DNA of 64,000 bases from Scenedesmus sp. PABB004 (Eukaryota), in the NCBI GenBank assembly GCA_014905635.1, contig JABVCE010000011.1:744001-808000 (forward strand). Direction: 5' to 3'. Positions 25,072-42,260 of this stretch are shown in pieces. The notes beneath the pieces were generated by a model. It did no database searches, was not told where the DNA came from, and saw only the letters and a program-made list of their open reading frames with translations. The position numbers were made by a program, and so were the translations under genes. Position 1 is the first letter of the stretch. Each line of letters starts with the position of its first letter.

Positions 25072-26563
25072 CGGCGCCGCAGCGCGCGACCGGCCGCGTG
25101 AGCGCGCGCGCGCGCGGAGTCCTGGCGGCGCGGTCTAGGCCACCGGTGCTGCTCGTGGCGAGCTCAGGGCCCTGCGGCCGCCGCCGTCCGCACACGCGGT
25201 GGCGAGAGCTCGCGAAAGCGCCGCGTGCGCTGTGCGCTGTGCGCGGCTGCAGGGGGCCAGCCCACAGCGGCCGAGGGATCCGCAGCCGAGCTGCGGCGTG
25301 TGGTGACGTGTGCAGGCATCAGCCGCTGCGGCGGCACCCCGACAGCGCGCAGGCAGCGCTGGCGGCGCGCTGTGCGGCACGCTGGCGGCCGCGCTCTGCG
25401 CGGGCGGTGACGCGCGCGCGGCGCCTCCGTGCGGCTGCGGCGGCCCCCCGGGCGGCCCCAGCCGCTCCTCAGGGTTGCGTGGCTGTTGTGGGCGAGCCGG
25501 GGCGGCGGTCAGAGCGTCAAAAACAGCTTGTTGGAGCCCTCAAAAGTGCTCTCATCCAGGTTCGAACTGGAGACCTTTCGCGTGTGAGGCGAACGTGATA
25601 ACCAACTACACCATGAGAGCATGCACGTTCAACTGAGTCGTAGTAAATATAATCAAGTTACCTCAAACTTGCAAAATCGCAGGCCCCAAAAATTCACCCA
25701 AAAAGACCCCCGGAATCAGCAGGAAAAATTGTGGCGAGGTCCGCCGAAAGACGGGGGCCTCGTGGGGCGAGCAGCGGCTGCAGCAGGCCCAGCAAGCGGC
25801 GGTGGCGTCGTTCTGGGCCTGGCTGGCAGACTTAGTTGCGTGCCGCGCGGCCCCGCGACAGTGGTCTGCGCAGGTCCCTGCGCAGCACCCCTTCCTCTGC
25901 ACCGTGCCGGACGACGCCGACCCACGGGCGGCGCCGCGCATCTGGCTGCGGGCCGGTGCATGAGGCTCTTTGTGTGTGTGCGGGCGTGTGTGTTTGGTGC
26001 TGCCCCGCTGACAGTTCTGTAGGCCGGTGTGTGTGGAGTCCCGGGGCACCGCCGGGATGGGCGTGCGTGCGACCGGGGTGGGGGGAGAAGGCGGCGTCGG
26101 TCGCGGGGGCAGCGGCGGGGCGGGGGGCGCGCGGGGGTTGGTCCTCGCCGCGGTTCTCCTGCCTTGTGCCACGGTCCGGCGCGCGATCGAGACCAGCGGG
26201 CGGCTTGCAGGTGGGTTTGCTGGTGAGTTGCGCGCGTCTGGGCCGCGCCATGCTCGCTACACGCCCTGCGCCGGCTTGCCAGCATGCGATCCCGTTTGCG
26301 GGCTGCTCGGTTGGTCGCACTTGGAGGACACTGACACGTGCGGTGGCGGGGAGGGAGTTGGTCAGGCCCGCCAGGCGTTCCGAAGTGGGACGCTCAACCG
26401 CCCAGAGCGTACCGGGCCCCGCCGTGTAACCAACAACACACCGGGCGATTCTCGGGAGATCTCGACGTCCTAACAAACGAAACACACAAACGGGCGTCGG
26501 CGGGACGCGGCCGCGCGCCCACCGGGCACGCGCACGCCGGCGCACCGGGCTGCGGCGCGGGGC
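25072..26563. repeat. 1.49-kb direct repeat, copy A (contains tRNA-Val)
   Basis: Near-identical to 29935-31427 (offset 4863, then 4864 after a 1-bp G indel near 26105). Confidence 0.95.
25547..25620 (-). tRNA. trnV-CAC: tRNA-Val (anticodon CAC), copy 1
   Basis: GCTCTCA acceptor stem pairs with TGAGAGC; D-arm TGGTGTAGTTGGTTATCAC; anticodon arm TTCGC-CTCACAC-GCGAA; T-arm CCAGTTCGAACCTGG; followed by a TTTT Pol III terminator. Confidence 0.95.
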
Positions 26564-26873
26564 CCTGAGAGCACGCCCACAGGCAGCACTCCGGCGGCGC
26601 TGCGAGGCGCGGCCAACCGCTCGGCCGCCGCCGCCCGCGCCCCCCATGGCACGAGCGCGCCGCCGGCGCGCAACACCGGCCGCGGCGCGCCGCGATCAGC
26701 GTGGCCAGCCCAGGCTGGGCAAGCGGCGGAGGCCGCCGCGCGCCACCGTGTTGCCTGCGGGCAGCAGCGCCCACACGCCGGTGTCCAGCGTCGCGGGCGC
26801 GCGCCGCCGGCCCCGGGTTCAAGCCCCGCAGCGGGCGGGCACCTGGCAGGCTGCCGGCCGACGCCACTGGCTC

Positions 26874-27166
26874 TGTGGGGCCCCTGAGCAGCTGTAGCCT
26901 TGGCGGCGGTCGCTGGTGGCTGGTGCGCAGCACGGCGCGCGGGCTGGGCTCGCTCGCAGCGCGCGCGCCTGGCCGCGGTCGGCACGGCAGCTCGCCACGC
27001 GCTGGGGGACGCAGCAGCAACACCATTGCAACGTCAACTGCGGCACCGGCCTGTGGGCACGCGCGCCAGGCTGCCACGCGCGGCACGGGCGGCCGCAGCA
27101 CGGGAGCAAAGAGCACGCAGGCGGGCACCGCACAGCCTCGACGCGCCGCCGCCGACCGGCCCCGCT
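26874..27166. repeat. About 290-bp direct repeat, copy B (3' flank of the LRR gene)
   Basis: Matches 29353-29647; the core ctggtgcgcagcacgg...gcgggcaccg is identical. Confidence 0.9.
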
Positions 27167-27198
27167 CGACCCACCAGCGCACGCAAGAGAGACTGAGG

Positions 27199-29171
27199 CT
27201 AGTCGCCGCCCCAGCCCAAGTCGTCGTCCGAATCTTCCCACCCGTCCTCGTCCTCGCTCCCCGACCAGACGCCGTCGCCCGGTGGCGCGGGCTCCTGCAC
27301 CGGCTGCACCACATCCACGTCACACCAGTCTGGCGGCGGCGCGTCAGGCGTGCACGCCGCCGCCGCTGCGCCCGCCCACACCGCGCGCTGGCCCTCGTCC
27401 GTCACCGACACATGCACATCCCGCAAAAACCCCAGCGCGCGCAGCCACGCACGCGCGTCCTCCCCGTTCAGCTCGAGCCCAAACAGCTCCAGCCAGACAG
27501 TGCGCAACCAGGTCATGTGCGCCAGGCCCATCAGCCCGGCAGCCGTGCACGCGCTGCCGGCCGGCACGCGCACCAGCAGACCGGTGACCTGCGTCACAGC
27601 GGCCAGCGCCGCCACCTCCGCGTCGTCACTGGCTGCAAACTGCAGTTTGCGCAGCCCCGTGAGGCCGGCCAGGGCGCGCACCGCCGCCACGCGCTCCGCC
27701 TGTGTGCCGGCGCCGACCTCAAAGCTGGGCCCGGCCCATTCATGACAATGGCACAGATCAAGCACCATCAGCCCGCTGCAGTGCGCGGCCAGGCGCTGCA
27801 GCGCGGCAGGCGGCCACGAACCAGTCTGCAAGACACTCTGCGAGTGGGGGAATGCCTCAAACGGCACCAGGCCGCTGCCCCACAGCTCCACCACCGACGG
27901 GCAGGCTGCGCTGACCTCGTCGGCCCGGTCGCCGCTGCCCTCCACCCACCTGCTCTCCAGTCGGGTGAGCCGGCTCAAGCTGGCCAGGCACGGCAGCGAG
28001 GCGCGCGACAGCGGGTTGATGTAGAGCCGCTGCAGGCCTGTCAGCGCCGCCAGCGCCGCCAGGAGGTGCGGGTCAGAGCCTTGCTCCAGCACTTGCAGGT
28101 GGGTGAGCTGCGTGCACCGCGCGAGCGCCGCGCACTCCGCCTCGCCCAGCGTTGGCCAGAAAAGGGTGCCGCTGTCATCATCATCATCAATGCGTGGTTG
28201 ATTATCAAACGCGAGGCGCCCCAAGCCGGTGCAGGCGCCGATGGCGGGCAGGCCCTGGTGGTCGCACACCAGGGGCAGGACGAGCTCCGTGAGCGCCGCT
28301 GGGAGGGCGGCCAGGAAGCCGTAGTGCTGCACGCCGTCCACGTAAGACATATCAAAATCGAGGCTCGCCAGGCCGCTGATGGCGGCCAGCGCCGACAGGT
28401 GGCTCAGCGTGACGGTTGAGTACAAAGCTGTGTCCTCTGGAATGTCGAAGCGCGCCGCGAAGCGCGTGAGCTGCGTCGCCAGGCCCACCGCCCGCCACCC
28501 GGCGTCGCTGCCCGCCCAGCTGCTGCTCAGGGTCAGACCCAGCGACCGCAGGCCTGGCAGCTGCGCTGCCACTGCCGAGATCGCCGGCGCCACAACTGCT
28601 GGCACGCCGGCGGCTATGCTGGCTGCCGCGTCCAGGCGCAGCGAGGTGAGCCGCGGCAGCCTGCAGGTGCAGGGGCGGGCAGGTCCGGCGGGCGGCGCGG
28701 TGGGTGAGCCGCCCTCCGTGTGGAGTCGTCTGGATAGCTGCTTGCCGCACGCATGTGCGCCATCCACAAGACACCAACACGCCCCGGCCGACCACGCGCG
28801 CCCGCCGCCGCTGCTCACCTCGCCAGCGCGGGCAGCAGCGTCGCCAGCGGCGCGCCGGCGTCGCCGGGACTGGTCAGGACGAGGGCCACCTCGCGGCAGC
28901 CGGTGAAGCGCTGCCCCAGGCGCGCCAGCGGGGCCGCGTGCGTGCAGTCGGCGGCGCGCAGCGACAGCGCCGCCGCGCTGCTCTGCACGAGCCGCCGCGC
29001 CTCCCTGCAGGCCAGCGCGAACGCGGGCGCGCTGCCGGCGTCCGCCCGCAGCTTGGGCAGCAGCGCCTCCGCCCACACGCCGTCGTCCAGCGCCGCGAGC
29101 CCCCGCAGCAGCGGGCTCGACGCGTCGCCGTCGGTCGGCGGCGCCGCGCCGCACAAGGCGCGGGTCATCAT
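27199..29171 (-). CDS. RNI-like leucine-rich-repeat protein with F-box-like N-terminal segment, 2 exons
   Basis: ATG 29171; LDDGVWAEALLPKL...FALACREARRLV; intron 28818-28661 (phase 2); repeated LxxLxL units (LTSLRL, LRSLGL, LTELVL, LTHLQV, LQRLYI, LRKLQF); acidic tail; TAG 27199. Confidence 0.75.
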
Positions 29172-29352
29172 GGCGCCTCCTGGAAGAGCGCTGCAGGGCG
29201 TCGGAGCGCTGCCGGGGCGCGGGGAGCGGAGTGGGGTGCGTGTGGCGCGCGCGGGCGCTGCGTCGCGTGGCGCGGGGCGGCGCAGGGGAAGCCGCGGCGG
29301 GGCGGGCGCCTGCCGTGGCCGGCCGACGCCGCTTTGTGTGGGGGCCCGTCTG

Positions 29353-29647
29353 TGTGGGGCCCCTGAGCTGCATCTTTAGCCTGACAGCGGTCGCTGGCGG
29401 CTGGTGCGCAGCACGGCGCGCGGGCTGGGCTCGCTCGCAGCGCGCGCGCCTGGCCGCGGTCGGCACGGCAGCTCGCCACGCGCTGGGGGACGCAGCAGCA
29501 ACACCATTGCAACGTCAACTGCGGCACCGGCCTGTGGGCACGCGCGCCAGGCTGCCACGCGCGGCACGGGCGGCCGCAGCACGGGAGCAAAGAGCACGCA
29601 GGCGGGCACCGAACAGCCTCGACGTGCCACCACCGACCGGCCCCGCT
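29353..29647. repeat. About 290-bp direct repeat, copy B' (5' flank of the LRR gene)
   Basis: Matches 26874-27166. Confidence 0.9.
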
Positions 29648-29692
29648 GCCCGAGCACGGGAGCAGAGAGAGAGCACGCAGGCGGGCGCCGCG

Positions 29693-29860
29693 CAGGCCGG
29701 CGGACCCCGGCGCAGGTGCCGACGGTGCTGGAGGACTGGGGCAAGTGTGAGCTGCTGGCCCGGCTGCGCGCCGCACCGCCGGCGGCGGCCGTGCGGCTCA
29801 GCCCCCGCGCGTCGCCGCGGCCGGCGCAGCCGGGGCTGAGCCTGGACGCGGCCACGCGCG
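29693..29860 (+). pseudogene. Inverted 168-bp copy of coding sequence from IQ paralogue B (20833-21000)
   Basis: Translates VPTVLEDWGKCELLARLRAAPPAAAVRLSPRASPRPAQPGLSLDAATR versus VPTALEDWGRFQLLARLRAAPPAAAVRLSPQASPRPAQPGLSLDAATR in the donor gene; no start codon or continuation. Confidence 0.85.
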
Positions 29861-29934
29861 ACCGCCGTGGTCAGCGGTGGGCGGCGGCGACTGGGCGACC
29901 AGGCAGCGCCGGCGCCGGCGCCGGTCGCGCGCTG

Positions 29935-31427
29935 CGGCGCCGCAGCGCGCGACCGGCCGCGTGAGCGCGCGCGCGCGCGGAGTCCTGGCGGCGCGGTCTA
30001 GGCCACCGGTGCTGCTCGTGGCGAGCTCAGGGCCCTGCGGCCGCCGCCGTCCGCACACGCGGTGGCGAGAGCTCGCGAAAGCGCCGCGTGCGCTGTGCGC
30101 TGTGCGCGGCTGCAGGGGGCCAGCCCACAGCGGCCGAGGGATCCGCAGCCGAGCTGCGGCGTGTGGTGACGTGTGCAGGCATCAGCCGCTGCGGCGGCAC
30201 CCCGACAGCGCGCAGGCAGCGCTGGCGGCGCGCTGTGCGGCACGCTGGCGGCCGCGCTCTGCGCGGGCGGTGACGCGCGCGCGGCGCCTCCGTGCGGCTG
30301 CGGCGGCCCCCCGGGCGGCCCCAGCCGCTCCTCAGGGTTGCGTGGCTGTTGTGGGCGAGCCGGGGCGGCGGTCAGAGCGTCAAAAACAGCTTGTTGGAGC
30401 CCTCAAAAGTGCTCTCATCCAGGTTCGAACTGGAGACCTTTCGCGTGTGAGGCGAACGTGATAACCAACTACACCATGAGAGCATGCACGTTCAACTGAG
30501 TCGTAGTAAATATAATCAAGTTACCTCAAACTTGCAAAATCGCAGGCCCCAAAAATTCACCCAAAAAGACCCCCGGAATCAGCAGGAAAAATTGTGGCGA
30601 GGTCCGCCGAAAGACGGGGGCCTCGTGGGGCGAGCAGCGGCTGCAGCAGGCCCAGCAAGCGGCGGTGGCGTCGTTCTGGGCCTGGCTGGCAGACTTAGTT
30701 GCGTGCCGCGCGGCCCCGCGACAGTGGTCTGCGCAGGTCCCTGCGCAGCACCCCTTCCTCTGCACCGTGCCGGACGACGCCGACCCACGGGCGGCGCCGC
30801 GCATCTGGCTGCGGGCCGGTGCATGAGGCTCTTTGTGTGTGTGCGGGCGTGTGTGTTTGGTGCTGCCCCGCTGACAGTTCTGTAGGCCGGTGTGTGTGGA
30901 GTCCCGGGGCACCGCCGGGATGGGCGTGCGTGCGACCGGGGTGGGGGGAGAAGGCGGCGTCGGTCGCGGGGGGCAGCGGCGGGGCGGGGGGCGCGCGGGG
31001 GTTGGTCCTCGCCGCGGTTCTCCTGCCTTGTGCCACGGTCCGGCGCGCGATCGAGACCAGCGGGCGGCTTGCAGGTGGGTTTGCTGGTGAGTTGCGCGCG
31101 TCTGGGCCGCGCCATGCTCGCTACACGCCCTGCGCCGGCTTGCCAGCATGCGATCCCGTTTGCGGGCTGCTCGGTTGGTCGCACTTGGAGGACACTGACA
31201 CGTGCGGTGGCGGGGAGGGAGTTGGTCAGGCCCGCCAGGCGTTCCGAAGTGGGACGCTCAACCGCCCAGAGCGTACCGGGCCCCGCCGTGTAACCAACAA
31301 CACACCGGGCGATTCTCGGGAGATCTCGACGTCCTAACAAACGAAACACACAAACGGGCGTCGGCGGGACGCGGCCGCGCGCCCACCGGGCACGCGCACG
31401 CCGGCGCGCCGGGCTGCGGCGCGGGGC
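29935..31427. repeat. 1.49-kb direct repeat, copy A' (contains tRNA-Val)
   Basis: Near-identical to 25072-26563. Confidence 0.95.
30410..30483 (-). tRNA. trnV-CAC: tRNA-Val (anticodon CAC), copy 2
   Basis: Identical to 25547-25620. Confidence 0.95.
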
Positions 31428-31560
31428 TTCAGACACGCAGGGCGCCGTGGGGCAGCCGGGGCGCCGGCGTGCGGATGAGCGGCTCCGCCGTCGCTGACGC
31501 TGACGCGCGTGGGCGGGCCTCGCGCCCACTGCTGCGTGCCTTTACAGTGCCTGCAGCGGC

Positions 31561-33925
31561 TCACTTGCCGGGCGTGGGCCGGAACACCAGCGGCGAGTCG
31601 TCCGCCGCCGCCTGCGCCGCGCCGCCCGCCAGCGGCAGCCCCGGCGTGCCGCTCAGCCCCGGCGTTCCGCTCAGCCGCTGCCGCTTTGCCGTCGAGCCCT
31701 CCGGCAAGCCCAGCAGCGCGGCGTCGTCCAGCCAGCCGGGCGCGTCGCCGCCGCCGCCGCCCCCCGCGCTGCCCCACACCAGCGCCTGCTCCGCCGCCGC
31801 CGCCGCCGCCGCCGCGGGGTGGCGGTTGATCGGCAGCAGCAGGGGCGTGCCGCTGCTGCCCGGCGTGCCCAGCGACGGCCGCTGCGCGGCTGCCGCGCCC
31901 GCCGCCGCCGGCGTCGGCGCGGGCGCGGGCTCCTGCGCCGGCAGCTCCCGCTCCCGCTCCCGCTCCCGCTCTGGCTCGTGCTGCGGCGCCTCTGCCATCA
32001 CCGCTTCCCCGCCCGCCCGCTCCTGCTGCTCTGCCGGCCCCGCCGCGCCGGCCGCGGCGGGGCGGTGCTCAAACCTGAACACAAAGCCCCCGCCGACCGC
32101 GACGAGCAGGTGCCGGCAGTCCTCCGACAGCCCGCACGCACGCACGGAGCCGCTCACGCGGATCGCCTCCACGCGCGCCGCCTGCGCGCCGGTGGCCGTC
32201 TCAAACACGTACGCGGCGGTGCTGTGGTTGCCTGGCCGGCGGCGGGCGGCGCGTGGCGTCAGGCGGCGGGCGGCGCGTGGCGGCGCGTGAGCGCGCGCAG
32301 CGCCCGGCTGCCAGCGAACCGCCGCGGCGGGCAGCGACGCACCCACGCAGACGTACGCGCCGTCCTGCGTGTGGCTGAAGCTGCACCGGCTCGCATGGCT
32401 GGCCGCCGCGCCGCCGCAGCCGGGCACGCGCCACGTCGACAGCGCGGCGCCCGACGGCAGGTGCAGCAGCGCCATGCGCCCGTCGGCGGTCTTGGTGCAG
32501 AGGCGGTCGGCTGCGCGCGGCGCGGGCGGGCGGGGGCGGTCGGCGCGCCGCGCCACGCCCGCCGCGGGCGCCGCGCGGCTCGCAGCGCGGGGCCCACCTG
32601 CCAGGAAGCGGATGCAGTCCACCACGCCGCCCTCGGGCACGCCCGACACCAGCAGCGGCTCCTTGGCCACGGCCGCTGCCGCCGCCGTCAGCGCCGCGGC
32701 CGGCACGGCCGCGCCCGGGCCGCCCGCCGCCGCCGCCGCGGCCAGCAGCGGCGCGAGGCCCCAGCTGCTGAGCTTGCCGCTGCGGCTGGACGCAACGATG
32801 CTCTCGCCCGCGGGGTGCAGCGCCTGCGCACGGCGGCGCAGCGTGGCGCGGGCGCCGCTGGCTGGGCAGCCGAGCCCTCGCCCGCTGGCCCGCCGGCCCG
32901 CCGGGCACCTCGGCTCACCCCCCCCCCCTCACCGCCGCGAACGCGTCCGTTTTCAGGCTCAGCCAGCACTGCCCGCTGGCGACCTGCCACAGCAGCAGGC
33001 TGCCGTCGCGGCAGAGCGCCAGCAGCAGGCCCGGCGTCGCGGCGGCCGCGCTCAGCTCGGCCACGGCGGCGCCGGGCGGCAGCGGCAGCTGCGCGACGAC
33101 CGCCGCCTCCGCCGCGCTGACCACTTGCACGCACGGCTCGCTGCCCGCCACCGCCTGCGGCGGCCGCGGCGCGGCTTTCGGCGCGAGCCGGCCAGCGCCG
33201 CGCCCGCCCCGCGCAGGCTGCGCGGCCGCCGCCCCCGCCGGGTGCCCGCGCGCACCAGCAGCGCGTCGCCGTAGGGGTGCCGCGACAGCCCCGTGGCGTT
33301 GATCCAGCAGCACGCGTGCAGCGCGTCCTGCGGGGCCACGGCGGGCGCGTGGGCGCCGCCGCACAGCGCGGCCCGCCGGCGGGGCGCCGCGCCGGCCGTC
33401 CCGCCGCACCTTGGCGCCCTCCGCGCTGCCAGAGAGCGAGAGGTTGGCCGCCACCGCGATATGGTCCGCCATGTGCGCGTCATCGTAGACCGTCGCCTGC
33501 GCGGGCCGGCGGCGCGCGGTCGGCGGGCGGGCCGGCGGGGCCGACGCGCGGCCGGCTGTCCCGCCGCCGCCGACGCGCGGCCCGCCGTCCGCCCGCCGCC
33601 GCCGCGCGCGCGCTCGCCTGGTCTCTGCCGACGGTGGCAAACAGGTTGCGCGCGTCGGCGCCCGTCAGGTTGAAGGCCAGCGCCTGCACCGGCGAGCAGT
33701 GGCTCTCCTGCGGCGCGCGGGGCACGCACGCAGGCGGCTGTGGGTGCGGGGGGGAGGGGGGGGGTAGCTGGGGGCATGTGCGCGCGGCGCGCGGCGCGCC
33801 GCCAGCACCTTGATCACGGTCTTGAGCTTGAGGCTCCTGAGCGCGTTCCTGCGGAACTCCTGCAGCCCCTGGGCGCGCAGGCCGTCGCGGATGCGGCCGT
33901 CCAGCGCGTCCTGCTCCGTGTTCAT
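31561..33925 (-). CDS. WD40-repeat protein, EED/FIE- or LRWD1-like
   Basis: ATG 33925; IK|ESHCSPVQALAFN...NLFATVGRDQ|ATVYD; LHACCW; AVAG...VQVVS; DGSLLLW; VDCIRF; CSFSHTQDGAYVCVG|NH; TGA 31561; TGTAA on the minus strand about 15 nt past the stop. Confidence 0.75.
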
Positions 33926-34228
33926 CGCTGCTGCTGCGCAGTGATGCCGGCCGCCGCCGCCGCGCGCCGCAGGCGGGGGCGAGGAGGGCGGGGCGCTGAG
34001 CGAGGGGCGAGTGCTCGACCAAGCTTCGCGCGGAGGGTGGCACCCTCGCTCTACGCGGTCCTGTGGACGGCGGCGGCCGATTCAAACGGCGGGCGATCGA
34101 AGCAGCGGCGACAGCTGGCTGCGTCGGCGGTCCCTCCGATCGGGCAGCACCTGCACGTCGAGAGGGGGCGCACGCCCAGCATAGCGAGCGTCACGGCGGC
34201 ACGCCGCGCGTTACAACGCCGCTGCGCC

Positions 34229-35545
34229 CTACCGCGCGCGGTCGGCGGAGCGGCTGCGGCTGCGCGCCTCGCGCCGGTCGCGCCCCCCGCCGCCGCCGCG
34301 CTCCTCGCGCCCGCCGCCGCCGCCGCGGTCGTCGCGCCCCCGCTCGCGCTCGCGGCGGTCGCGGTCGCGGTCGCGGCTGCGGCTGCGGCTGCGGTCGCGG
34401 CTGCTCTTGTGCCGCCGCGCCTTGTCGCGCTTGGCCTCCTTCTTGGCCCGCTCCTTCTCCTTCTTGGCCCTCTTCTCCTCCTTCCTGCTCGCCTTGCTCG
34501 CGCGCTTGCGCTTGCGCCGCTGCGGGCGCGGCGGCGGCGATGCGGTGCCGCGGCAGCATCGGCGGCGGCGGCGCGCGTCGAGCGACCGTGGCGGCGGCGC
34601 GGCGCGCCTGCCCGCAGCCGCCGTGGGGCCGTCGGCGCGCCGGGCGCGCGCGCGGCCCGCTGCTGCGCCGCCCACCTGCTCGCTGCCGCTGTCCGAGTCG
34701 GACCCGAGCTCGCTGCTGCCCATGCTGTCGCTGTCGAGCAGCAGCGCGGCGTCGTCATCCTGCGCGCTCAGCAGCCCGCGCTCGCCCGCGCCGGCGCCGC
34801 CGCCCTCGGCGCCCGCGCCGCCGGCGGCGCCGCCGCTGGGCTTGTCGCCGGCGCCGGCGTCCAGGAAGTTGCGGCACTGCTTCGTGAGGTGCCCCAGCCC
34901 GCCGCAGAGCCGGCACGCGCCGCGGTTGTTCGACGCGTCGTTGCCCTGGCTGCGCGCGAGCGCCCGGAGCGAGTCAAAGTCGCGCACCGCGGGCTGGTAG
35001 CCGGCTGCGCGGCGCGCGGCGGGCGGGCGGCGCATGGGCGGCGGGCGGCGGGCGGCGCTGGGCGGGCGCCGGGGGCCGCGCGGCCGCGCGGGCAGCCCGC
35101 TGCAATCCCCCCATCAGCCCCGCCGCCGCGGCGGTGAACGCACTCGCTTGGATGAGCTCCTGCGCGCGCTGGCGCTTCTCCTCGCGCCAGCGGCCGCCGC
35201 CGCCGCCGGGCGCGTAGATGGCCTGCTCGATGACCTCATTCGCGCCGCGCTCGCTCTGCACGCCGATCGTGTTCTCCCATATGCTCGTCGTGTGCAGCGC
35301 GTTGCTGCGCGTTGTTGTTGGGCGGCCGGGGAGAGGGGGGGGGGGGGGGGGCGTTGGGCGGCGGCGCGCGCACGCATGCGTGCACGTCGTGCATGCGCGG
35401 CGAGCAGCGGAGCAGCGGCGGCGCCGCCGACGGCGCGGCGGGGCCGCCGGTGGGCCCGCCCGGCCGCCGCCGCCGCCCCGGTCCGCGTCTGACCGCACCT
35501 TGTGCGCACGCGGTTGCGCTCGGGCTTGAGCTTGCCCGTCGACAT
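34229..35545 (-). CDS. CXIP4: CXIP4/SREK1IP1-like zinc-knuckle protein with K/RS-rich tail
   Basis: MSTGKLKPERNRV, SNALHTTSIWENTIG, CCHC knuckle RGACRLCGGLGHLTKQCRNFL, Lys-rich then RS/RD-rich C-terminus; TAG 34229; minus-strand TGTAA at 34211-34215. Confidence 0.8.
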
Positions 35546-35646
35546 CGCGGGGAGGGATCTTTTGCCAGCAGCGGCGCAACTTCAACAGGCACGCGGCGGC
35601 TGGGCGCGAGGTGCGCACGAGGGGAGGCGAGTCAGGGGGATGCAGT

Positions 35647-36130
35647 CAGCGCGGCGGGGCGCGATGGGATCGCTCTCGTGGCGCCGGGCGCGCCCTTGGC
35701 GGCGGAGCGCCGGCGGCGCGAGGTGTGAGCGCTCCTGCGGCGACTGGTGGTGCCCCTGGTTCTGGGCGGGACTGTCAACCCTCCCAAGCTGGTGAGCCCG
35801 CTGTCGTCGCACCAGCGGGCCGGCAGTCGAACGAGCGGCGGCACGCGACCGGCCAGCTCCCGCGCGGCGGCGCATGACAGGCCGCTCGCTGCCAGCTGCC
35901 CGCCACTGCGATCCACGCGCGAGCTGGCACGGGACCCGCGCCAGCGCTCCACGGCGGGCGCCGCAGTGGCGGCAGCAGCAGATGGCGGCAGCGGTGGCGG
36001 CCCCCGCCGATCAGCCGGCGGCCGCACACGCCGACCGGCCGGCCCAGGACGCCTTTCGGGCGGCAGAGAAGCGCTACCAGCTTCACCTGAGCCAGAAAGT
36101 CAAGGGCATGCGGTGCGGCGCTGCCGCCGC
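35647..36130 (+). repeat. Duplicate of the AlkB upstream region plus complete exon 1 (ATG 35982, donor 36113); alternative first exon or pseudo-exon
   Basis: Aligns with 40228-40705; exon 35982-36112 encodes the same 43 aa as 40558-40688 except one T/M change. Confidence 0.9.
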
Positions 36131-36982
36131 CACTGCTGCTTCTGCCGCTGCTGCCGCGGCGCCCGGCCCGCTGCTGGACGTGTCCTCGCCGTTACCCCCG
36201 AGGGCCCGCCCAGTTCATCACTGCTGTCCATGCCAGCGGCGACGAGGCAGGTGCAGCAGCGCGGCCCCGCCCCCGCAGCGCGCCGCGCTGCTGCTGCCGC
36301 GCACGGACCGGGGGAGCGCTGCCTGCACATCACGTGGGCGCCCCGGCGTTGCGCACGTGTGTGGCCTTGAAGTGGCGGGCGATCTTGGCAAAGATGCCCG
36401 CGACCCACCTGTCTCGAGGACATCTTCACCAAGATCGCCCGCCACTCCATCGTCATGCCCTGCACCGCCGGGGGCGTGGAGGCAGCTGGAGCTCAGCCCC
36501 CGCCCTGGTGCGCAGCTGTCAGCAGCTCCTCGTCTAGCAGCTGGTGCCCGCGGCCACAGCTGCGGCGGTGCAACCGCCACGGCGCTCGCGAGCGGCGGCG
36601 GCCGCGCGCGCCGTGCGCGCACGCTGATCGCGCTGAGCCCGCCGACGCACGCTGCCCAGTGTGTGCGCAGCACCCCGGGGCGCGCTCGCAGGGGCACGCC
36701 GAGCTGCGCCGCCGCGGCGCCCGGGGGCCCCGCGCTGCGCTGAGCTGCGCGGCGCTCGCCGCCGCGCGCGGCCGAGCGGCTGGCCTTGCCCGCGTGCCTG
36801 CGCACTGCAGGGGCGTCTGCATTCGCGGTCACGCCGCGATGCACGGCTGAACCGCTCGCACCAAGCGAATATGTTGTTGTTGCAAAATCGATCGACCAAA
36901 ACTGCCCACACTCCGCGCCCGCGCGCCCCCCACTCCGCCCGCGCCGATCCCCACGCCTCTCCCCATCCCAAATCTCGCCGCC

Positions 36983-42046
<5,064 letters not shown>

Positions 42047-42260
42047 CCGGCGAACGGGCGGGCGGGTGCGGCGGTTGAAGTGCGGCGCCGCGCGGGGCTT
42101 GCAACCGCGCGGCGTCGAGACGGCTCGCCACTTGCTCCAGCGCCGATCACAGAGCCGTGCCCGCGCGCCGCCCGCCCCGATCCCGCTCTGCACGCTCCGC
42201 CGCTCCCCTCAAGCAGTGGCGGCAGCAATGCCCTGGCGCGCCGGGCGCCCCGGCTGAGCC

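Noticed and set aside
26030..26490. RNase MRP, SRP or telomerase RNA in repeat A (GGAGTCCCGGGG and TGTAAC motifs)
   Set aside because: No matching CR-V, SRP helix-8 or telomere template found by eye. It would need an Infernal scan.
25072..31427. LTR retrotransposon interpretation of repeats A/A' or B/B'
   Set aside because: No gag/pol, no clear TG...CA termini, primer-binding site or short target-site duplication, and the internal gene retains an intron.
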